This document shows, piece after piece, positions 57,436 through 64,000 of a DNA stretch of 64,000 nt. The DNA lies in NCBI GenBank assembly GCA_012295275.1, contig CM022670.1, positions 2,542,001-2,606,000 on the forward strand, in the 5' to 3' direction. Both the position numbers and the translations under genes were made by a program. The number at the start of each line of letters is the position of its first letter. Positions within the stretch are counted from its first letter, which is position 1. The notes beneath the pieces were generated by a model. It did not search any database and had not been told where the DNA came from. It saw only the letters and a list, made by a program, of their open reading frames with translations. This DNA comes from Chrysomallon squamiferum (lineage: Eukaryota > Animalia > Mollusca).

Positions 57436-58927
57436 TCATGGATAAATGTATATTAATAAATGTATATTACAAGTGTGTAATACAGACTACATACACACGC
57501 GTACATTTAATTAACGTATGACTTGTCTTATCACACAAGCACAAACAATGCGACTTAGCAGGTATGTTATCTCTTGACCTATAAATCAGTCGCAGTTAAC
57601 ATTTTGCTGTTTGTTGTTAAGACCCAAACACACATCCCATTATTTTCCAGCAAAAAGCATTTTCTTTGTTGTCGTTATTATGAGTAATGAAAATCGAATT
57701 TGTTTGAAAATGTAATTGCACTGTAACAGCGCTAAACACTCATATATTTCTAATAATAATGGCATAATTATATTGGACAAATGGGAAAGATTTTCTAATC
57801 AAATAGGTTAGTCGCGAGTACTTTTAGTTGAGTTTATGCGTGTTTATAAAAAAACAGTTCCAGAAACCTAGACAATGGTCCGCTAAATACTGTTATTTAT
57901 TATTTTCTTTTGTGAATAAATGTCTGGCGCCATCCACCTGCTCAGATGTCACAGGAAAGTCTAAAAGATAAAAACTGTCCACAATTCGAGAGAAGCATCT
58001 GAATTAGAAAGGCTCATCTAAACAAAATGATTAATTTTTTAATTCAAAAATATATTTGTTCTAGCGGTGAAAAAAAAAAAAAAAATAAAAATAAATCATA
58101 ATTGTTATCTGAACAGTATAATAAATAATTAATTAAAAATATTTTTTTTCTGTAGTAGAAATGTTTAATCACTGAAACATGTATGTTCTGTAATACGTAA
58201 AATACGTATGTTGTGTTGCGATTATCTTAAATGTTTTATACTTCAAAACGTACGACGTATTTTATCTTGAATATGCATACGTATAAGTCAAATACGTACG
58301 TTGTATTATAATTCAAATACGTACTTTGTATCATAATTCAAATGCTATTATTCTTATTATTATTATTACTAATTAATTATCAAATTGGTTTATTTTATTT
58401 TATTTTATTTGTTTATTTGTTTATTTATTTATTTGTTTGTTTATTTGTTTATTTACGTATTTATTTATTGTTGTATTTATTTATTTATTATTTGTAAAGG
58501 AGCTATCTGCATTTATTAACATGGGAAGTCTATATCATTTTTATGCCCGATCGCTTTTTATATTTCTGATTATTCACATCAGTTACTGCGCATTATGCGA
58601 GTCGGAACAAAGGTACTTGAGGACATTTCAGCTGCCTTCTGGAGTTAAAAAGAAAAGAAAGGTTTAAATTCATGTGTGAAAATTAATGACCCATTCTACA
58701 CCCCGTCTCCCTTTAGAAAAAAACAAGAATGAAAGAAAAGGTTAGTGTTGTTGGATGTATTAGTATGAAGAAAGACCACAGATAGCTCTCATAATGAAGT
58801 CTGCTGTATACTCTTGACTTGATCGCTGCAGAAATCCGACACTTTGATTCTAATGAAAAGGACATTCTTTACAAACAGCTCGGGTGTTTCTTAAAAATCA
58901 TATTCATAGATAGTAATTCACCGGCCC

Positions 58928-58982
<55 letters not shown>

Positions 58983-59601
58983 CAAACAACAAACAAGAAG
59001 AAGAAGAAGAAGAAAAAGAAAAAAAAAAATCTTACACTTTTTGACAGCTCTGCTGGGGATACCCCCGTCGCGAAGAAGGTGAATTTTTTTTTTTCAAATC
59101 TTATATTTTATTTATCTTCAATCTGACAATGGGATGCAATTACCGGTATTAAAGACAGCAAGACGGGGCGAAAAACTCTAATACCGAAACTGACATGAAT
59201 AGCACTGTAACGATTTGGTAATTTGATTTAGACACCCACAGTCAATTCAGTTTAAATATCGGGTTTCTGGAAAGACAGCACATCGAAAATTAAATCCCCT
59301 CAAACCATTCGTCTACGAATTTCACGGGCACAGCGTGATAACATTATAATGACTCGTCGTCTGTAGAACTGATATACAATATGTATATTTTAGTAACTGG
59401 AACGGGTTGCGTTCTGAATGTCTGACTTCAGTATTTGAAATAGAGTCCCAGTGAATAAGACCGATCATGACGTATACTTAATAGATGAATACTTTATGGT
59501 CTTTGATTGTTAGTCATACTGTGCTGCATTATTTCGGAGGGAGGTGTAAAAAAATGGTGAGAAAGAGATGAAAGAAAGATGACGAGGGGAGTGAGAGAAA
59601 C

Positions 59602-59712
<111 letters not shown>

Positions 59713-61410
59713 GATAATACATATACATACATAAGATAAGAAGATGTATACTGAGAATCACATAGACAAAGACAACGAAACAAAACGAAGAAGGAATGAT
59801 AAAGACAAAGAGATAGGGAGTGGGAGAAAGAATGTATGAATGAAAGAAAGCAGAACAGAAGAGACGGCAGGAAAACCTGAAGGGAGAGAAAATTATAAAA
59901 CAACAACAATTTTATATTAATGTAAAGACTGAGGGAGGAAGAAACAGAGAGAAAAAGAGAGAGACAGAAAGGAAAAGAGAGAGACAGAAAGGAAAAGAGG
60001 ATGAGAGAAGAGAACAGGTTGATACAGAATGAGAAACAGTGAAATAAAAAAGGAAATACAGACTGCAGACACAAAATAAAATAAAAAATAAAAAATATCT
60101 AATTTGTTAATTTTGATTACATTTGTTATCTCTGAGATCAGATAAAATATTTAAATAGTTCCAAAGCATTATTAATAAATTACCTGAAAATGAGGTTAAT
60201 TTCTTTTACGTGTCAGAAAAATGAATAATTTATTCACACGGTTGAATTGGTTTGTTAGGTTACTGCCATGTGAAAAACGTAATGCTTTCATTTTATTTGT
60301 ACAAGAAGTAAATACTGGAAACAGTGGTATTTATTCTTCATGTGTGTGTATGTGTGCATGTGTGTGTGTGTGTGTGAATGTATTTGGATGTTTAGATTTG
60401 TATCTATAGATATGTATGTGTGTGTGTGTATGTGTGTGTGTTTGTGTGTGCGTGTTTGTGTGTGAGTGTGTATGCATGTAATTACATTCCGCAGCTAAAC
60501 ATTACAAATTCTGAAGAATTAAATTACAATTTCAATTATACTTTTCATATTTAATACATATTTTAAAAATAGTCGTTTAATTGAATTTATCATAATATAT
60601 AAACACACACAGATATTTCTTTTTTTGTTTTAAAGACACATACATCCTTAAATAATTGTTTACATTTCATTATCACATTCTTTCCTCTTCTTTTTTTCTA
60701 TTAATTTTTTTTTTTTTTTTTGGACATTAAACAAATCAGACTCGTCAGTTAAAGCATTCCAGAGTATTTCTTTGTTTTAATAACAACAACAACACCACCA
60801 CCAACAAACCGAATCAATAACGCAGCCCGCAGAAATACATAACGCAAAACTCCGGCCCTGTTTGTTTAAGCGATAAACTATTTTTCTTATCATTTCGACA
60901 GAGGTTTATGGGATAACAGATGACATGAAATCCGATTGTTACTGGTGTTATTTGATTTAAAAAAGTCTCTTCCACATGAACCTCGGCAGATAGCGAGTAG
61001 CGAGGAACGTAATCTTGCACGTTCTTGTATAACACGACTGTTCCGCTAAATACAGGTTGCTGGATAAAAGGACTGAAGGCAAATATTTATTTTCGGGATA
61101 TTGTTTGTCTAGAAGTGTCAGCGTATCTAAATTTTTTTTTTTTTTGTTGTTGATGTCTCAAGTTTTCGTCATTTCTGACCGTTGACAGATATCGTTTAGT
61201 AAATATTTTCGTTTCGTATTTGTAGATTTATTTATTGAGGTGAAAAAAAAAAAAATAATAATTGAATTTATCTCTTGTGGTTTGTTTATGTTTCTCGTAT
61301 GCTTGTGGCAAATGAAAAGGTTGTCATCATCATCATTATTTTTAATATAATTATTCTTATAACATTCACTATCACCTAAATTAGTATGATCATTGGAACC
61401 ACCGTTTCCA

Positions 61411-61640
61411 TCTTCATCACCACCATTATCATCATTCAATCATCATACTATCTTCATCACCACCATTATCATCATTCAAATCATCATACTATCTTCATCA
61501 CCACCATTGTCATCATTCAAATCATCATCATCTTCATCACCACCATTGTCATCATTCAGATCACCATACTATCTTCATCACCACCATTATCATCATTCAA
61601 ATCATCATACTGTCTTCCACCACAATTACCATCATTGCTA
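61411..61640. repeat. About 41-bp minisatellite
   Basis: Unit TCTTCATCACCACCATTRTCATCATTCAAATCATCATACTA at 61411, 61451, 61492, 61531, 61572 and a partial copy at 61613. Confidence 0.9.
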
Positions 61641-61755
61641 TCACGTTTATCATCATCGTCGTCATCATTGATATAGAACATCAACATTCACACCATATTC
61701 ACGACCACAACAATTATCGTTACCGAAATCATTATCATCGTCATCGTCAAAACAC

Positions 61756-61789
<34 letters not shown>

Positions 61790-63938
61790 GTCATTCTTTT
61801 TTCTTCTGTGTTTATAAATTTCATAAAGTGTTGTGTTTAATATTATTTCGCGATCATAACATTATGCACGAAGCGGTCAATAAAACACAGTGACACGAAG
61901 CAGCAGACTTTGAAACCCACACACAGAAAAATCTTTTCAATGGCGTGTTCATTTACCGGGTGGAGAAAACTGTTCATTCGGAACCGTTCTGTAATTAAAA
62001 TATACAAACCAACTCAACCGAAGTGTAACGTGAATAAAACTCTTTTATTTTTTTTTATTTTTTTTTTTTTTTTTTTTTTATTTATGATTATTATTATTAT
62101 TATTTTTTTTTACAATGATTATCTCTAATTACTGCGGGCGCCCTTTTATCTCGGGAGGAATTTACAAAAGAAACATATTTTTTTCAGCGATTGTTTCCGG
62201 GTCGTGTGTTGATGGGTGGGGCGGGTGATGGTGTAAACATCTGGTTATTTGTAATCAAACAATATCTCGACGGTAATGTTTTGCAAATTAATTAACCACA
62301 GATTGCATTGTTACAGAGTAATGTTGTTCTTTTTTGTTTTGTTTTTTAATTTTTTTGTTTAAATTTATTTTTGTAAAAAAAAAAATTAATTAAATTCGAG
62401 TCTATTATTTGTGCATTTGAATAGTCATAAACTAGGAAATTCAGAAAGCACTGGATTTTTGTTCTTACTGTTGTTGTTGTTATTATATAACTGAGTAATA
62501 ATTAATTAACAAAACAAAAATATTTATAATATATTTAAAATGTACACTGAATTCCTGTATTCCATTATGGTCTTAGTCACAGTATGATCTCTATTTATTT
62601 TTAATTATTAAAATTTCTTTCTTTCATTTACTCATATTTCTAAAACACAAAAAAAAAAAATAAAAATAAAAAATAAAAAACTTTATTAGAAATATTTATT
62701 TATATAATTCTATTTTATTTTATTTTATTTTATTTTTTTTATTTATTTATTTATTTATTTTTCTGGCTGTTATTATATCAAGTTATTTATAAATATTTAG
62801 GATAAAAAGTTTGAAAATTTTCATATTTTTCATATATAACAACAACAACAACAACAATAATAATAATAAGCAATAAATAAATAAAAAATAATATAAGCGA
62901 TAAATAAATAAATAAATAAATAAATATATATATATATATATATAAAATAATAAGCAATAAATAAATTAAAAAATAATAATATAAGCGATATATATATATA
63001 TATAAATGTACTGAGTTTCGGGTTTCTCCATGAAGATTGAATCCAGTGACATGTAATGATAAGCGAGTAAGAATAACTCAAAAAGAATCAAAGACTTCAC
63101 ATTAATGTCGTTATACAAGAATTCGCCTTTATTTCATTTTAATATATGCACCGGTTTATGAAGCCAGATTGTCAGACAGATATGTGACACTGTATATCAC
63201 AACGTTCTCATCAATAAACAAGGTTATAAAAAAAAAACAGTATTATGTAGTGACTGGGTATAATAAAGTTAAATTATTTTTATGTGCTTCTTCCACGAAG
63301 CATTTGTAATAAAAGAAGAAGAAGAAGAAAAGGAAGAGAAAGAAGATTTTAAAAAGCACAGGCACAATAATGATATATACAAACTGCTCTTTATTTGCAT
63401 CTTCAGATAACTATTTCTCAGCCTCGTATTTGTCTATCATTTATCATATCTACAGAAAAAGGACTGAACTTTATGAAGTAGCTTAAAATAAACTGTTGAA
63501 ATTCTATACTAAAGGATCACATAGGTATTTATACCTGTATATATACATATTATTATTTTCATTATTATTATTTTTTTTTTTACGGTGAATGTTTCAACTG
63601 AATTATTTTCCACAAAAGCAACTCTGCAATGCATTCGTATGCGATGATAAAAACTGTTCGCTAGCAGTTGTCATTAAACGGACAAAGGAAACCTTTGTGA
63701 AGTAAAGAATAAAACACTTCAAAAAGATCACGAGATAGGTAAAGATTTAATTCAGCTTCTAAATAAAAAGAAATATACGGACTGCCTTATATTAATACCT
63801 TCAGAGGACCGATTATTAGTTCGTATGTAACATGTAATCCTTCAAAACTTGAGCGTACAAGTAAAATACCTCTGATGGGTTTAATGTAAATTTAGATTTT
63901 TGGGTGCACTGTTATGCTATGATTGAAAGTCAGTTTTG

Positions 63939-63941
<3 letters not shown>

Positions 63942-64000
<59 letters not shown>
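63942..64000. repeat. (GA)n microsatellite running off the window end
   Basis: Directly visible. Confidence 0.97.

Overview
AT-rich, microsatellite-dense animal genomic DNA. The repeat content suggests a lophotrochozoan, probably a mollusc (inference). The window lies inside one minus-strand gene, a dachshund (dac/DACH) homolog. Four internal coding exons (29599-29720, 17348-17540, 9798-9898, 8826-8954) join in frame with canonical AG/GT sites. They encode the end of DACHbox-N (S-ARPGRPPKR), the LPFM..HP..PPVTMAM and SVIKER motifs, and a KPLNL motif plus an acidic tract. I did not find the upstream DD1 exon(s) or the downstream DD2 exons, so they are probably outside the window and 29.7-64 kb is probably one large intron. 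The rest is intronic: simple repeats, minisatellites, decayed SINE-like fragments and complex enhancer-like blocks. Most notable are a minisatellite built from the splice acceptor and first codons of an exon (about a dozen decoy acceptors, the translated ones ending in early stops), a sharp CpG-poor/CpG-rich boundary near 30 kb, a CTCF-like motif cluster and an exact YY1/Pho motif in a CpG-rich block. Almost all ORFs in the supplied track are low-complexity artefacts. I see no prokaryotic-type system, and no claim of a wholly new system is supported.
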